From contig JBGFRX010000020.1 of NCBI GenBank assembly GCA_041694885.1, positions 1-27,258 of the forward strand: DNA of 27,258 bases, given 5' to 3'. This document shows, piece by piece, positions 9,049 through 18,567 of the stretch. The DNA comes from Candidatus Micrarchaeota archaeon (GTDB lineage: Archaea; Micrarchaeota; Micrarchaeia; Anstonellales; Bilamarchaeaceae). The notes below the pieces were generated by a model that saw only the letters and a list, made by a program, of their open reading frames with translations, ran no database searches and was not told where the DNA came from. Positions within the stretch are counted from its first letter, which is position 1. The number at the start of each line of letters is the position of its first letter. The position numbers were made by a program, and so were the translations under genes.

Positions 9049-9068
9049 GCGAAAAGTGTTTTATAAGC
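9049..9068. promoter_or_regulatory. Probable bidirectional TATA box
   Basis: Palindromic TTATAA (9061-9066) lies ~24-26 nt from the divergent ATGs at 9037 (-) and 9087 (+). Confidence 0.55.
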
Positions 9069-9086
9069 ATAATGCAAAATATACTT

Positions 9087-9728
9087 ATGCTCGATTTTCT
9101 CCAGATTCTTGTAAAAATAAGAAAACCCGAAGCTAACCTGAAGGAGGGGCTGCTCGAATCCGTAAAGGTAGCAGCAGAACAGGCGAAGATGAATGCAGAG
9201 GCGCACGCAGGCGGCTATAGGATAGGTGACAGCCAAACTGCGATAGTTGCAGTCCAATTCGGTGGAAGGCGCGAGTTCTACGAAACAATGGAAAAATTGG
9301 AAAAAGAGCAAACTGATTACCGCGTGTTAATCACGAGCTCGAACGTGAAGAGCATGCGCATAGGCGAAATGAAATGGATACTGAACAACAAATACCAGAC
9401 GAAACACAAATGGCTCATAATAGATGTTGAGCACAAGGAAAGCCCGAAAACAGTGAACTTCATGCTCTATGGCGGCGGGAAAAGGCACAAAATGCGCAGG
9501 GAAGAGGGCATTGGCCCACAGGAAAGTGCGAAGCAGGCAGCTGAATATGCGGGGCACAACGTGCAGGATGTGAAACCGGAAACCCAAAGTTCAAAAACCG
9601 AAAGCACAAAATCCCCTCTGATATATGCTATTGAGGAGAACTACTCTGGCTACGAGGGGTTGCAGAAGGTAAAGTCGCGGAGAAAAAAGATATACGGGAA
9701 AAGAGGAGAGCACAAGGAGCAGGACTGA
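9087..9728 (+). CDS. Hypothetical protein
   Basis: Open frame with the K/E-rich composition of neighbouring genes, ending 4 nt before DUF424. No family recognised; start uncertain (9072 or 9087). Confidence 0.65.
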   Translation: MLDFLQILVKIRKPEANLKEGLLESVKVAAEQAKMNAEAHAGGYRIGDSQTAIVAVQFGGRREFYETMEKLEKEQTDYRVLITSSNVKSMRIGEMKWILNNKYQTKHKWLIIDVEHKESPKTVNFMLYGGGKRHKMRREEGIGPQESAKQAAEYAGHNVQDVKPETQSSKTESTKSPLIYAIEENYSGYEGLQKVKSRRKKIYGKRGEHKEQD

Positions 9729-9732
9729 TGAC

Positions 9733-10053
9733 ATGAATGCAAAAGGACAATTGAGATTCTACATGAAAACCCACCGGAACGCGAACGGAAGAGTGGTCGC
9801 GGTCTGTGACTCCAGGTTGATAGGAAAAGCGTATGAGGAAAACGGAAAAGTCCTCGACCTCAAAGCGCATGCCGGATTCTACAAGGGCGAGCCCGCAGGC
9901 GCGAAGGATGTTAGGAAAGCATTAAAAAACTTCATCTCGCTTAATCTTGTCGGGAGCGAAGCGGTGGCTTTGGCGATAGGCGAGAAAATAATTGAAAAAT
10001 CACAGGTGCGCGAAATCGCGAAAGTGCCGCACGTACAGGTTTACAAAATCTGA
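9733..10053 (+). CDS. DUF424 family protein
   Basis: VVAVCDSRLIGK, FYKGE, NLVGSEAV and VPHVQVY motifs; 106 aa archaeal family. Confidence 0.85.
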   Translation: MNAKGQLRFYMKTHRNANGRVVAVCDSRLIGKAYEENGKVLDLKAHAGFYKGEPAGAKDVRKALKNFISLNLVGSEAVALAIGEKIIEKSQVREIAKVPHVQVYKI

Positions 10054-10097
10054 AATAAACCCGAAACGCTGAACACAAAACGATCAGGTGATGGGAT

Positions 10098-10496
10098 ATA
10101 AAACCGATAACTATAGTTGAGAACGACAGGGTAGGGTTGCTCGCCGATATTTCCTACGTCCTTGCGAAAAACAAGATTAACATAGAGACCATAAGCGTGA
10201 ACGTAGTTGGAGGCAAGGCGATAATCGTCCTTACTGTGAACAATCCAAAGAAGGCAATAGGGGTACTCGCAACCAATAGGTACAAGAATTTAGAGGAGGA
10301 CTATTTCGTGGTGAAGTTGGAGGATAAGCCCGGTGAGCTCAACAAGATAACTACCTTGCTTTCCAGCTCAGGAGTGAACATACTAAATGTGCACCTTCTC
10401 ACACGTGATGGAAAGCAAACGATGATCGCGCTCAAGGTGGACAAAGGGAGGAAAGCAAAGGAACTGCTCAAGGACTCATTGGCAGAAAATGAATAA
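10098..10496 (+). CDS. Tandem ACT-domain protein, paralog 1 (probable ATA start)
   Basis: NDRVGLLADISYVL..INI and EDKPGELNKIT..L...VNI. Aligns from codon 1 with the paralog at 24760; AGGTGA SD at 10086-10091. Confidence 0.85.
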   Translation: MKPITIVENDRVGLLADISYVLAKNKINIETISVNVVGGKAIIVLTVNNPKKAIGVLATNRYKNLEEDYFVVKLEDKPGELNKITTLLSSSGVNILNVHLLTRDGKQTMIALKVDKGRKAKELLKDSLAENE

Positions 10497-10531
10497 GGGA
10501 GTTCTGAGGACCGCCACAATCTACAATACCT

Positions 10532-11317
10532 CTATTTTATATTTTTCCTCAGGTTGTCCAGGAATTTCTTCAACTCTTCGTACTCTTTCTCCCTTATCAT
10601 GTGTTTTAGGTATTCGAGCCGCGCCGTGATTTTCTCGAGCTGCCTGAGCGAATGGGGATTGAAAAGTATTTCGGAAAGCAGATGATCGTCTTCTGAAAGC
10701 AGTCCTTTGGCTATTTTTGCATGCTTCCTGAAGGTCGTTCCTGGAACTGCCTTTGCGTCCATGCATGCAGCGAAAACCAGAGTGGACGCGAACGGCACGG
10801 TAAGCGAATATGCCATCATCTCGTCGTGCTCCCTGAACGTGTACTCGAATATGTTGAGTTTGAGACGCTTGAAAAAGGAACGGAAAAGTCCCGCAATTCC
10901 CGCATCGGATTCCCTTATTATCACCGCGTTCTCGTCAGCGAGGTTTTCCACGTTTGCAAACGTAGGTCCGAACATAGGGTGAACAGAAGCGAACTTTCGG
11001 CCCCATCTCTTATAGTATTCAGGAATTTCGCCTTTTATGGATGCGACATCGCAAAGCACGCAGTTCTGAGGCAGGTATTTTAGTGCCTCACTGAACGCAG
11101 CAACTGTGTTCTGCAGAGTCACCGCGTTGATTAAGAGTTCCGGCGCGAAGTCCGCGATTTCAGAAAAATCTGAGAGGACGCGCACGTTCCTTCCACTCTT
11201 CGCGGCAATTTCCGCCTTTTCTTTTGTCCTGCTGCAGAGCGCGACTTCATGCTCCTGTGAGAGTTCCTTTACAAACCAGGAACCCATGTTCCCTGCGCCA
11301 AGGACGCATATTCTCAT
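10532..11317 (-). CDS. tyrA: Prephenate dehydrogenase
   Basis: GAGNMG Rossmann motif, DVASIK, SVHPMFGP and EHDEMMA motifs. Confidence 0.9.
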   Translation of the reverse strand: MRICVLGAGNMGSWFVKELSQEHEVALCSRTKEKAEIAAKSGRNVRVLSDFSEIADFAPELLINAVTLQNTVAAFSEALKYLPQNCVLCDVASIKGEIPEYYKRWGRKFASVHPMFGPTFANVENLADENAVIIRESDAGIAGLFRSFFKRLKLNIFEYTFREHDEMMAYSLTVPFASTLVFAACMDAKAVPGTTFRKHAKIAKGLLSEDDHLLSEILFNPHSLRQLEKITARLEYLKHMIREKEYEELKKFLDNLRKNIK

Positions 11318-12387
11318 TTCGTCGCCTCCTTGTAGCAGCCCATGAACTTGTACATCGTTGATTCCTTCGCGACCTTTTCAAGCGCACTTTTTACTTTTGC
11401 ATTCTTGTCTGAGCCCTGAAAATCTAGAAGGAAAGCATAGCTGCGTGCATTGTCCCGCACTCGCCTGGACTCTATTCGTGTGAGGTTTATTCCCGCATCT
11501 GAGAACACCCCAAGTACCCTGAACAGCGCCCCAGCCTCGTGTTTGGTGGAAAAGATTATCGAGCATTTATTCCCTTGCGCAACTGCTGCTTCCCGGGCCA
11601 GCACCACGAACCGCGTGAAATTAAAGCGCTCATCCTCTATATCTTCCTTCACTGCCTCCAGATTATAGAGTTCTGCGCACAGTGCGCTCGCGATAACCGC
11701 AGCTCCTGCAGGCCTTTCCCGTGCAAGCATTTTTGCAGCCCCTGCGGTGTCGTAGAACGGCCTCGGCTCCATTTTGTTCCTCGCGATGAAGCCGCGGCAT
11801 TGTGCGAGCGCCTGCGGATGGGAATAAACCATCCTTATATCCCTGTAGTCGGTTTCAGCCAGCGTGAGAAGGTTGTGGTGTATCGGAATACTTATCTCCC
11901 CGATTATCTTGAGATCTGTTTCTATCAGGAGGTCGTTCACCTGCGCGACTGCTCCCTCGAGCGAATTTTCCACAGGTACGATGCCGGAATCGAGCTGACC
12001 TTGCTTAACCCCTTCGAATACGTCCGCGAACTCGGTGCACGGTATCGGCACGAGCGTTTTGTCGTACGCAAGAGCAGCGCTTTCACTGTATGCACCATGT
12101 TCGCCCTGGAACCCGACAAGGCGCAGCTCCTTGGACTGTATCTTTTTGCTTTCTGCAACTATTTCCCTGAACAATTTCTCGGAGAATTGCGGGTTTATCA
12201 GGTTGTGAGAGTGCCTGCGCACGTTCTCCATTACCGCTTTCTCCCGCGTGGGATCAGCAACAGCACCTTTGAGTTTCTTCACCCTGACCGCTATTTCCAT
12301 TCGTTCGTTGAGCGCTTTTATTATTTCCCGGTCTGCATAATCGATTTTTTTGCGCATTTTCTCCAGGTCATTCGCTTCGATCGCCAT
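11314..12387 (-). CDS. pheA: Chorismate mutase / prephenate dehydratase
   Basis: N-terminal AroQ domain (RKKIDYADREII..LNER, DPTRE); FQGEHGAYS, VPVENSLEG, SHPQALAQC, NFTRF and INLTRIESR motifs. Confidence 0.95.
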   Translation of the reverse strand: MAIEANDLEKMRKKIDYADREIIKALNERMEIAVRVKKLKGAVADPTREKAVMENVRRHSHNLINPQFSEKLFREIVAESKKIQSKELRLVGFQGEHGAYSESAALAYDKTLVPIPCTEFADVFEGVKQGQLDSGIVPVENSLEGAVAQVNDLLIETDLKIIGEISIPIHHNLLTLAETDYRDIRMVYSHPQALAQCRGFIARNKMEPRPFYDTAGAAKMLARERPAGAAVIASALCAELYNLEAVKEDIEDERFNFTRFVVLAREAAVAQGNKCSIIFSTKHEAGALFRVLGVFSDAGINLTRIESRRVRDNARSYAFLLDFQGSDKNAKVKSALEKVAKESTMYKFMGCYKEATK

Positions 12388-12420
12388 AGCCACCACCCAA
12401 AATCCTGAGTTCCATGTTCG

Positions 12421-13413
12421 TCATTTTATTACTCGTGGTATTTTCTGTTCCATGAGCATGAGATCAGCAAGCACAATCGCGCTCGCGGCTTCGAGAACGA
12501 CGGGCACTCTGAGTGCTATGCACGCATCATGTCTCCCCCCGACAATTATTTCTTCCATCTTTCCTGTTTCGAGATTAACGGTGTGCTGCGCTTTCGCAAT
12601 GCTCGCAGTTGGCTTGACTGCAATGCGGAACACGAGTTCGTTTCCGTTGGTTATTCCGCCGTTTATCCCGCCTGCGTTGTTCGTCCTCGTCTTGCCTTCA
12701 GCATTGACTATTTCGTCGTTGCACTCGCTTCCGTGCATTTTCGCCGAAGCAAATCCAGCTCCGAAGTCAATTCCCTTCACCGCAGGAATGGAGAATGCTG
12801 CATGCGAAATAAGCGACTCTACGGAATCGAAGAATGGCTCACCCAAGCCAGCTGGAAGCCCGCTTACCCGGCATTCTACAATTCCACCTACTGAATCGCC
12901 TTTCTTAAGCGCCACCTCCACTGCTTTTTGGATTTCCTTCGAGCCACCAACTTCCAGCACTTTCGCATCTATCTTAACCACATGGAGGAGTTTTTTGGCA
13001 ATCACGCCGGCGGCCACGAGTGCAGCAGTGAGCCGGCCAGAGAAATAGCCACCTCCGCGGTAGTCGTTGAACCCGCCGAATTTCCGCCTTGCAACGAAGT
13101 CGGCGTGTCCTGGGCGAGGCGTAACCATTACTTTCCCATACGCACCTGAATCACTATCCTTGTTCTCGAAAAGGATGAGAATAGGCGCACCTGTCGTCTT
13201 GCCGTTGAACACGCCGCTTTTTATCAGCGGAATGTCCTCCTCTTTCCGCGCAGTGGTTCCCTTTGCCCCGCTCTTTCTTCTTTCCAAATCCATGGCAAAG
13301 TCCGCTGCTGAAAGCGAAAGCCCTGCAGGGCATCCATCAATCAGAACTCCGATGCACTCGCCGTGCGACTCGCCCAAAATGCTTACCCGGAATAATTTTC
13401 CGAAAGCGTTCAT
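12421..13413 (-). CDS. aroC: Chorismate synthase
   Basis: GESHG, RPGHAD, SGRLTA, NNAGGINGGITNG, KPTASI and GRHDAC motifs. Confidence 0.96.
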   Translation of the reverse strand: MNAFGKLFRVSILGESHGECIGVLIDGCPAGLSLSAADFAMDLERRKSGAKGTTARKEEDIPLIKSGVFNGKTTGAPILILFENKDSDSGAYGKVMVTPRPGHADFVARRKFGGFNDYRGGGYFSGRLTAALVAAGVIAKKLLHVVKIDAKVLEVGGSKEIQKAVEVALKKGDSVGGIVECRVSGLPAGLGEPFFDSVESLISHAAFSIPAVKGIDFGAGFASAKMHGSECNDEIVNAEGKTRTNNAGGINGGITNGNELVFRIAVKPTASIAKAQHTVNLETGKMEEIIVGGRHDACIALRVPVVLEAASAIVLADLMLMEQKIPRVIK

Positions 13414-14666
13414 TTTTCCACCTTCATCAGTTTTTCCAAATCATCGAAGAAATCCGGATAGGACTTGAATACGCAGCCCGGATTTTTTATCCTTACTTCC
13501 CCATCTGCATTGAGCGCAGCTATCGCACACGCCATCGCTATCCTGTGGTCGCCGTGCGGCTCGACTTCCGCCCTCCTTATTTTTCCACCTTTAACATGCA
13601 TTACATCTCCTTTCACAACTATTCTTATACCCATTTTCGCGAATTCGCTCCTGAGCGCAGCAGCACGGTCGCTTTCCTTTGCTCTAAGCCGTTTCGTGCC
13701 TGTGAAAAACGAAGTCCCGTTGCAGTTGGCAGCAAGCGCCACGAGCGGGGGGAAAAGGTCCGGGCAGCCTGTTGCATCGAATTCAAATGCATTCAGTTCG
13801 TTTTTTTCAATGGAAATGCTGCTTGCTCCGGTAGTTATTTTCGCACCTGCTTTTTCCAGGGCATCGATTATCGCTTTGTCTGCCTGCGGCGAATCCAGCC
13901 GAAGGCCATTCACCTTAACTTTTCCTGCAATTGCACCTGCGACCAGCATAAAAGCAGCGCCTGACCAGTCGCCTTCGAGAGTGCAATGGCGGGATGGAGC
14001 ATATTTCTGTGCCCCACTTATCCTGAAGATCCTGAAATTTTCGTTATCTATCCCAACCCCGAAGTCCTTCACCAGTGCAATCGTCATCTCAACGTATTGT
14101 TTGCTCTTCAGGTCCGAGACCTCGATTACAGAATCTTCCTTGCACAAAGGAAGCGCCATAAGCAAGCCGGTCAAAAACTGGGACGTTTTCGAGCCATCAA
14201 TCTTCATATTGTCGCCGTGGATTGGCCCCTTCACGCGCACTGGAGCAAAACCATCCGAGGTTGCAACAGATGCGCCCAATTGCAGGAGCTCTCCAAGCAT
14301 TTCCATGGGCCTTTTCAGGAGCGTGCCCTTCGCATTCAGCGTGAACTCCTTGCCTGAAAGCGCCACTATAGGAGCGAACGTGCGCATGCACAATCCGGAT
14401 TCGCCGCATTCGAGCACGCTGCTTTTCGGAACGTTCCTGAAGATGCCCTTGCTGTGCACGCTGATTTCCCCTTTTCCTTTTTCCAGCTGCGCGCCCAGTG
14501 TTTCCACCACTCCCAAAGCAACAAGACCGTCGTCGCAGAAGGAGGGATTGAAAATTTTGGTTGTCCCTTCGGCAAGAACGGTTAGCGCAGCTGCTCTCAC
14601 CATCATGCTCTTTGAAGGCGGGGTTGTTACACTCCCCCTAATTTCCGAAGGCATAATCGATTTCAT
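13410..14666 (-). CDS. aroA: EPSP synthase
   Basis: PPSKS, GESGLCMR, SQFLTGLLMA, EGDWSGA, KESDR, DHRIAMA and KSYPDF motifs. Probable start 14666, overlapping the aroE-K end. Confidence 0.95.
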   Translation of the reverse strand: MKSIMPSEIRGSVTTPPSKSMMVRAAALTVLAEGTTKIFNPSFCDDGLVALGVVETLGAQLEKGKGEISVHSKGIFRNVPKSSVLECGESGLCMRTFAPIVALSGKEFTLNAKGTLLKRPMEMLGELLQLGASVATSDGFAPVRVKGPIHGDNMKIDGSKTSQFLTGLLMALPLCKEDSVIEVSDLKSKQYVEMTIALVKDFGVGIDNENFRIFRISGAQKYAPSRHCTLEGDWSGAAFMLVAGAIAGKVKVNGLRLDSPQADKAIIDALEKAGAKITTGASSISIEKNELNAFEFDATGCPDLFPPLVALAANCNGTSFFTGTKRLRAKESDRAAALRSEFAKMGIRIVVKGDVMHVKGGKIRRAEVEPHGDHRIAMACAIAALNADGEVRIKNPGCVFKSYPDFFDDLEKLMKVEK

Positions 14667-15969
14667 AGGATATCCTTTTCGCAACCTTTTCGTCCTTGTT
14701 CGCACCACTGTTTATCACCATGTCGCACGTTTCAGCATAGAGCTGCAGGCGCTGCTTCAGTAACTCCTTTGCCTTTTCAAGCTTGTTTTCGCCTTTTAGC
14801 AGCGGTCTGCTTTCCCCAGCGCGCTCAACAGCGAGCTCCGGAGCAATCCACAGCCAAACCGCGGTGCAGTTCTCCTGTATCAATCTCCTGTTTTCAGCGC
14901 TGAGCACAGCTCCGCCCCCAAGTGCAAAGACCTTGCCCCTGGCGCCTTTTATTTCGCGCTCTATCATTTCGCACTCCATCTCTCTGAACGCATCCTCGCC
15001 CTTTGTTTCGAATATCCTCGAAATGGGCATCCCTGCTTCCCTGGCTATTGCTTTGTCCAAGTCCACGAATTCCATACCCCTTAGTTCGGCAACTATTTTC
15101 CCTATAGTGCTTTTCCCAGCGCTCATAAAACCGATGAGGGCAATATTTGGCTTGCGTTCGCACTTCGCGGAAAGCGCCGCATTCCTGAACACTTCAAGAG
15201 GCGCACTTTTTCCAGTGAAGAGTTCGAATGCAGGCGCTGCCTGGTGCACGAGCCATTCTATTCCATTTACAAACCTGCAACCAGCGCCTTTAGCCACAAT
15301 CAGCAGTTCGGAACTGTCGTAATTCGCATCCATCACGAACATCGCAGGCCTCAGGTATTCCTGCTTCACCACTGTTGGAGCACTCATACTGAGTGCAGAA
15401 ACAAGGATGTCAGCATCTGCGAGCTCTTTGTCGAGTCTGTCGAGCCCTCCGAAACCACATTTGAACATTCTCGCCAGCACCTCTGCCTTTCCCCCAGTCC
15501 GGTTTATCACCATTACAGAGCAGCCCGCATCAATAAGTCCGTAAACCGCTGCCATTGCAGCGCCACCTGCACCAAGCACCACTGCCTTGCGCGGCTTCGG
15601 ATTTTTTTCATTTTTTTGTTTAAAGGCGCCTGCTACACGAAGCGCTCCCACGACCCCAAGATAGTCGGTATTGTAGCCCTTTGGTCCCCTGTTTCCCATG
15701 ACAACCGCGTTTACTGCGCCTATTTTCTGTGCGTGGGATTCCTTGTCTTCAACGATTGCCGCAATATCTCCTTTGAAAGGAGCAGTGACATTGAAACCCC
15801 TAAGCCCCATCTCCTTTGCGATCCTAAGCGTTTCCTCTGCGCTGAATGTGGCTATGCGCGTGTAAATGCCCTCCACCTTCACTGCTTTCAGCGCAGCGTT
15901 TTGCATCTGCGGGCTCTTGCTGTGCAGAACCGGGTAGCCCAACACCCCAAACAATTTGAATTCAGACAT
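14638..15969 (-). CDS. aroE: Fused shikimate dehydrogenase + P-loop shikimate kinase (AroE-AroK)
   Basis: HSKSPQM, NVTAPFK, GAVNAV, NTDYLG and GAGGAA (AroE), followed by LIGFMSAGKSTIG, GEDAFRE, LGGGAV and RPLL (AroK). Confidence 0.93.
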   Translation of the reverse strand: MSEFKLFGVLGYPVLHSKSPQMQNAALKAVKVEGIYTRIATFSAEETLRIAKEMGLRGFNVTAPFKGDIAAIVEDKESHAQKIGAVNAVVMGNRGPKGYNTDYLGVVGALRVAGAFKQKNEKNPKPRKAVVLGAGGAAMAAVYGLIDAGCSVMVINRTGGKAEVLARMFKCGFGGLDRLDKELADADILVSALSMSAPTVVKQEYLRPAMFVMDANYDSSELLIVAKGAGCRFVNGIEWLVHQAAPAFELFTGKSAPLEVFRNAALSAKCERKPNIALIGFMSAGKSTIGKIVAELRGMEFVDLDKAIAREAGMPISRIFETKGEDAFREMECEMIEREIKGARGKVFALGGGAVLSAENRRLIQENCTAVWLWIAPELAVERAGESRPLLKGENKLEKAKELLKQRLQLYAETCDMVINSGANKDEKVAKRISYEIDYAFGN

Positions 15970-16603
15970 TTTCCAGTTCACCCATCATTCTTTCCATCTT
16001 CCCCTTTTCCATCTGGCCTTCAGCAGTTCCTTTTCCATTCGCAAGAGAGGCGAACGTGAACTCGCTTCCCAGAAGCGGAGCGACTATGCGAGTTATCTTT
16101 CCTTTTTTACCCATCCCAATTACTATGAGTTTTTTATCAGTGTCCAGCAGGCCGAGCAGTCGCGCACTGTCAGCATCTGAATTTACTTTGCACGCGATTT
16201 TCGCGATGTCTGCTCCTGAAGCAAAGCACTGTTTCACCATTTTCCCAAGCTCCCTTCCCGGAGGCGTTTTTTCGTAATTGTGGTATGAAATAATCACTTT
16301 ACATTTTTTCGCTTTCGCCGCATCCACTATTTCCTTTTTGTAACGGTCTTCAGCATCAGCTTCCACATCAACATAGGCAGCGCCAGCGTTTATCGCCGCA
16401 ATAAGCAGGATCTTCCTTTCGCTTTCGCTCCTTCCATTCGGTCTGCACGTTGCAATTATCCGCTTGGCCGGAAGGGAGAAAATCTTTTTCACTTCTTCTT
16501 CACCAACGTTCATCTTGTCCAGTCGTACCTCTGCGAATTCAATGTCTTTGAGAGCCGCAATGGCACCTTCCGCATTTACTTCGTTTATGCTAATGCAGAT
16601 CAT
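15962..16603 (-). CDS. aroD: Type I 3-dehydroquinate dehydratase
   Basis: AEVRLD, IATCR, YVDVE, IISYHNYEKTP, DIAKIA, IGMGKKGKITR and TAEGQ motifs. Confidence 0.93.
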   Translation of the reverse strand: MICISINEVNAEGAIAALKDIEFAEVRLDKMNVGEEEVKKIFSLPAKRIIATCRPNGRSESERKILLIAAINAGAAYVDVEADAEDRYKKEIVDAAKAKKCKVIISYHNYEKTPPGRELGKMVKQCFASGADIAKIACKVNSDADSARLLGLLDTDKKLIVIGMGKKGKITRIVAPLLGSEFTFASLANGKGTAEGQMEKGKMERMMGELENV

Positions 16604-17621
16604 CAACAACACCCTTAAGTTCGCCCAATGGAATTTCGGCAAGTCGTGCCTTTCCTATTCTCTCGAGCAGCACGAATTTTATTTTCCCGCTTTCCTTTTT
16701 CTTGTCCTTTTCCATCGCATCAATTATCCTTGCGCTGTCGCCTCCTTTTATCGAAGTTGGAAGCCCATAAGCGACGAGCAGCCCTTCGAGGCGTTCGACT
16801 TCCCTTCCACTAATCATGCCTTTTGCCTGCGATAGTCGCGCAGCAGCAAGCATGCCAATTGCCACTGCTTCGCCGTGCCTCAATCCCAATATATTCTCTA
16901 TCGCATGTCCTACAGTGTGCCCGAAGTTCAGCTTCCTCCTTTCCCCTTTCTCAGTTTCGTCCACAGAAACGATTTTCGCCTTTACCCTGAGCGAGTCGTG
17001 GATTATTTTTTCCATCGTTAGCGAATCCAAAGAAAGCGCCTTTTCCACATCTCCTTCCAAATATTCAAAAAGCGCGCTGTCTCCAATTACAGCGTGCTTT
17101 ATCACTTCAGCGAATCCGCTTGCGATCTCTGCTCTTGGAAGTGTCCTGAGCAATGTGAAATCGCACAGCACAAAAGAGGGCTGATTTATCGTGCCTATAA
17201 GGTTCTTGTATCCCATGAAATTCACTCCATTCTTTCCACCTATGCTTGCGTCCACCTGTGCAAGCAGTGTAGTGGGCACGAAGCAGAAGCGCAGCCCTCT
17301 CAGGTAAGTGGAAGCAGCAAAGCCGGCAACATCACAGACAATGCCTCCGCCTATTCCAACCAGTGTAGTGGAGCGCTCTGCTCCGGATTCAAGCAATTTT
17401 TCGTATACTTTTTCCACTGTTGCAAGGGTTTTGTTCCCTTCCCCCATTCCTATTTCAATCGTTTCACATTCCGGGAACTTCGGACCGAGCGCAGCGCGCA
17501 CATTCGCGTCAGTAACCGCAATTGCGTTTTCCATATTGCAGTATTTTCCAAGATTGGATGCGGATTCGCCTAACACAATGTTGCATTCGCCTCTTCTTCC
17601 GCCTATTTTCAATGTTCTCAT
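16590..17621 (-). CDS. aroB: 3-dehydroquinate synthase
   Basis: GGGIVCDVAGF, PTTLLAQVDASIGGKNGVN, LNFGHTVGHA, HGEAVAIG and DKK motifs. Confidence 0.96.
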   Translation of the reverse strand: MRTLKIGGRRGECNIVLGESASNLGKYCNMENAIAVTDANVRAALGPKFPECETIEIGMGEGNKTLATVEKVYEKLLESGAERSTTLVGIGGGIVCDVAGFAASTYLRGLRFCFVPTTLLAQVDASIGGKNGVNFMGYKNLIGTINQPSFVLCDFTLLRTLPRAEIASGFAEVIKHAVIGDSALFEYLEGDVEKALSLDSLTMEKIIHDSLRVKAKIVSVDETEKGERRKLNFGHTVGHAIENILGLRHGEAVAIGMLAAARLSQAKGMISGREVERLEGLLVAYGLPTSIKGGDSARIIDAMEKDKKKESGKIKFVLLERIGKARLAEIPLGELKGVVDDLH

Positions 17622-17652
17622 TTATCTTACCTTTCCCCTGCATTTTCGTTGC

Positions 17653-18465
17653 TCATTTTATCTCGTCCATTAATTTGTACAATTTCCGTGTTTTCCTCGC
17701 AAGCACAGTGAACTGTGCAGGGGTCAATGCTTGCTCCTTGTCGCTCAATGCTTCTGCAGGATTCCTGTGCACCTCCACTATTATGCCATCAGCGCCTGCT
17801 GCAACAGAAGCAAGGGCCATCGGCTCTATAAGGGATATCCTTCCAGTTCCGTGCGTCGGATCAGTTATAACCGGAAGATGGGTTAGTTCCTTCATTGCAG
17901 GCACAGCGCTCAGATCCAAAGTGTTTCTCGTATACGTTTCGAACGTCCTTATCCCCCTCTCGCACAGAATCACGTCCGGGTTGCCGTCGTTAAGTATGTA
18001 TTCGGCACAGTTCAGCCACTCCTCTATTGTGGAGTGCATCCCTCTTTTCAAAAGCACCGGTTTGTTTGCCTTCCCAACTTCCTTGAGCAAGGAGAAGTTC
18101 TGCATGTTCCTTGCGCCTATTTGGAGAACATCTGCGTATTCGGAAACCCAACTCACGTCCCTCGTGTCCAGTACTTCGGTAACTACTGGAAGCCCTGTTT
18201 CCTCCCTTGCTTTTGCAAGTATCCTGAGGCCCCTGAGCCCAAGTCCCTGGAACGCATACGGGGAAGTCCTGGGCTTGAATGCTCCTCCTCTGAGCATGTC
18301 TGCGCCAGCTGCCTTCACAGCCCTTGCAGTTTCCAGTGTCTGCTCCTCGCTTTCTACACTACACGGACCTGCTATTATGGTGAAGCCCTCACCCACCTTC
18401 ACTTTGCCCACGCGCACCACAGTGCGCGCATTTTCGTTCAATGCAGCAAGTTTCAGATTTTTCAT
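17653..18465 (-). CDS. aroF: DAHP synthase type I-beta (no N-terminal regulatory domain)
   Basis: [39 protein letters not shown] and DPTHG motifs; AGGTGG SD upstream. Confidence 0.95.
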   Translation of the reverse strand: MKNLKLAALNENARTVVRVGKVKVGEGFTIIAGPCSVESEEQTLETARAVKAAGADMLRGGAFKPRTSPYAFQGLGLRGLRILAKAREETGLPVVTEVLDTRDVSWVSEYADVLQIGARNMQNFSLLKEVGKANKPVLLKRGMHSTIEEWLNCAEYILNDGNPDVILCERGIRTFETYTRNTLDLSAVPAMKELTHLPVITDPTHGTGRISLIEPMALASVAAGADGIIVEVHRNPAEALSDKEQALTPAQFTVLARKTRKLYKLMDEIK

Positions 18466-18524
18466 ATAACCACCTTTTCATATGGATTTTTTATAAATTT
18501 CCATCGCATATTCTGAAGTCCTTG

Positions 18525-18567
18525 GGAAAACCGGCAAAACAGGAAAAGAAAGAAGATGCGGTTTTCC
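18525..18567 (-). terminator. Candidate attenuator hairpin with U-rich loop
   Basis: Perfect 9-bp inverted repeat GGAAAACCG/CGGTTTTCC begins immediately after the leader stop; the 25-nt loop on the mRNA is CAUCUUCUUUCUUUUCCUGUUUUGC. Confidence 0.55.

Noticed and set aside
13465..14763. 432-aa antisense ORF, and similar long antisense ORFs over the HD gene, pheA, aroC, aroE, aroF and trpC
   Set aside because: They mirror well-conserved genes on the other strand and show no recognisable motifs.
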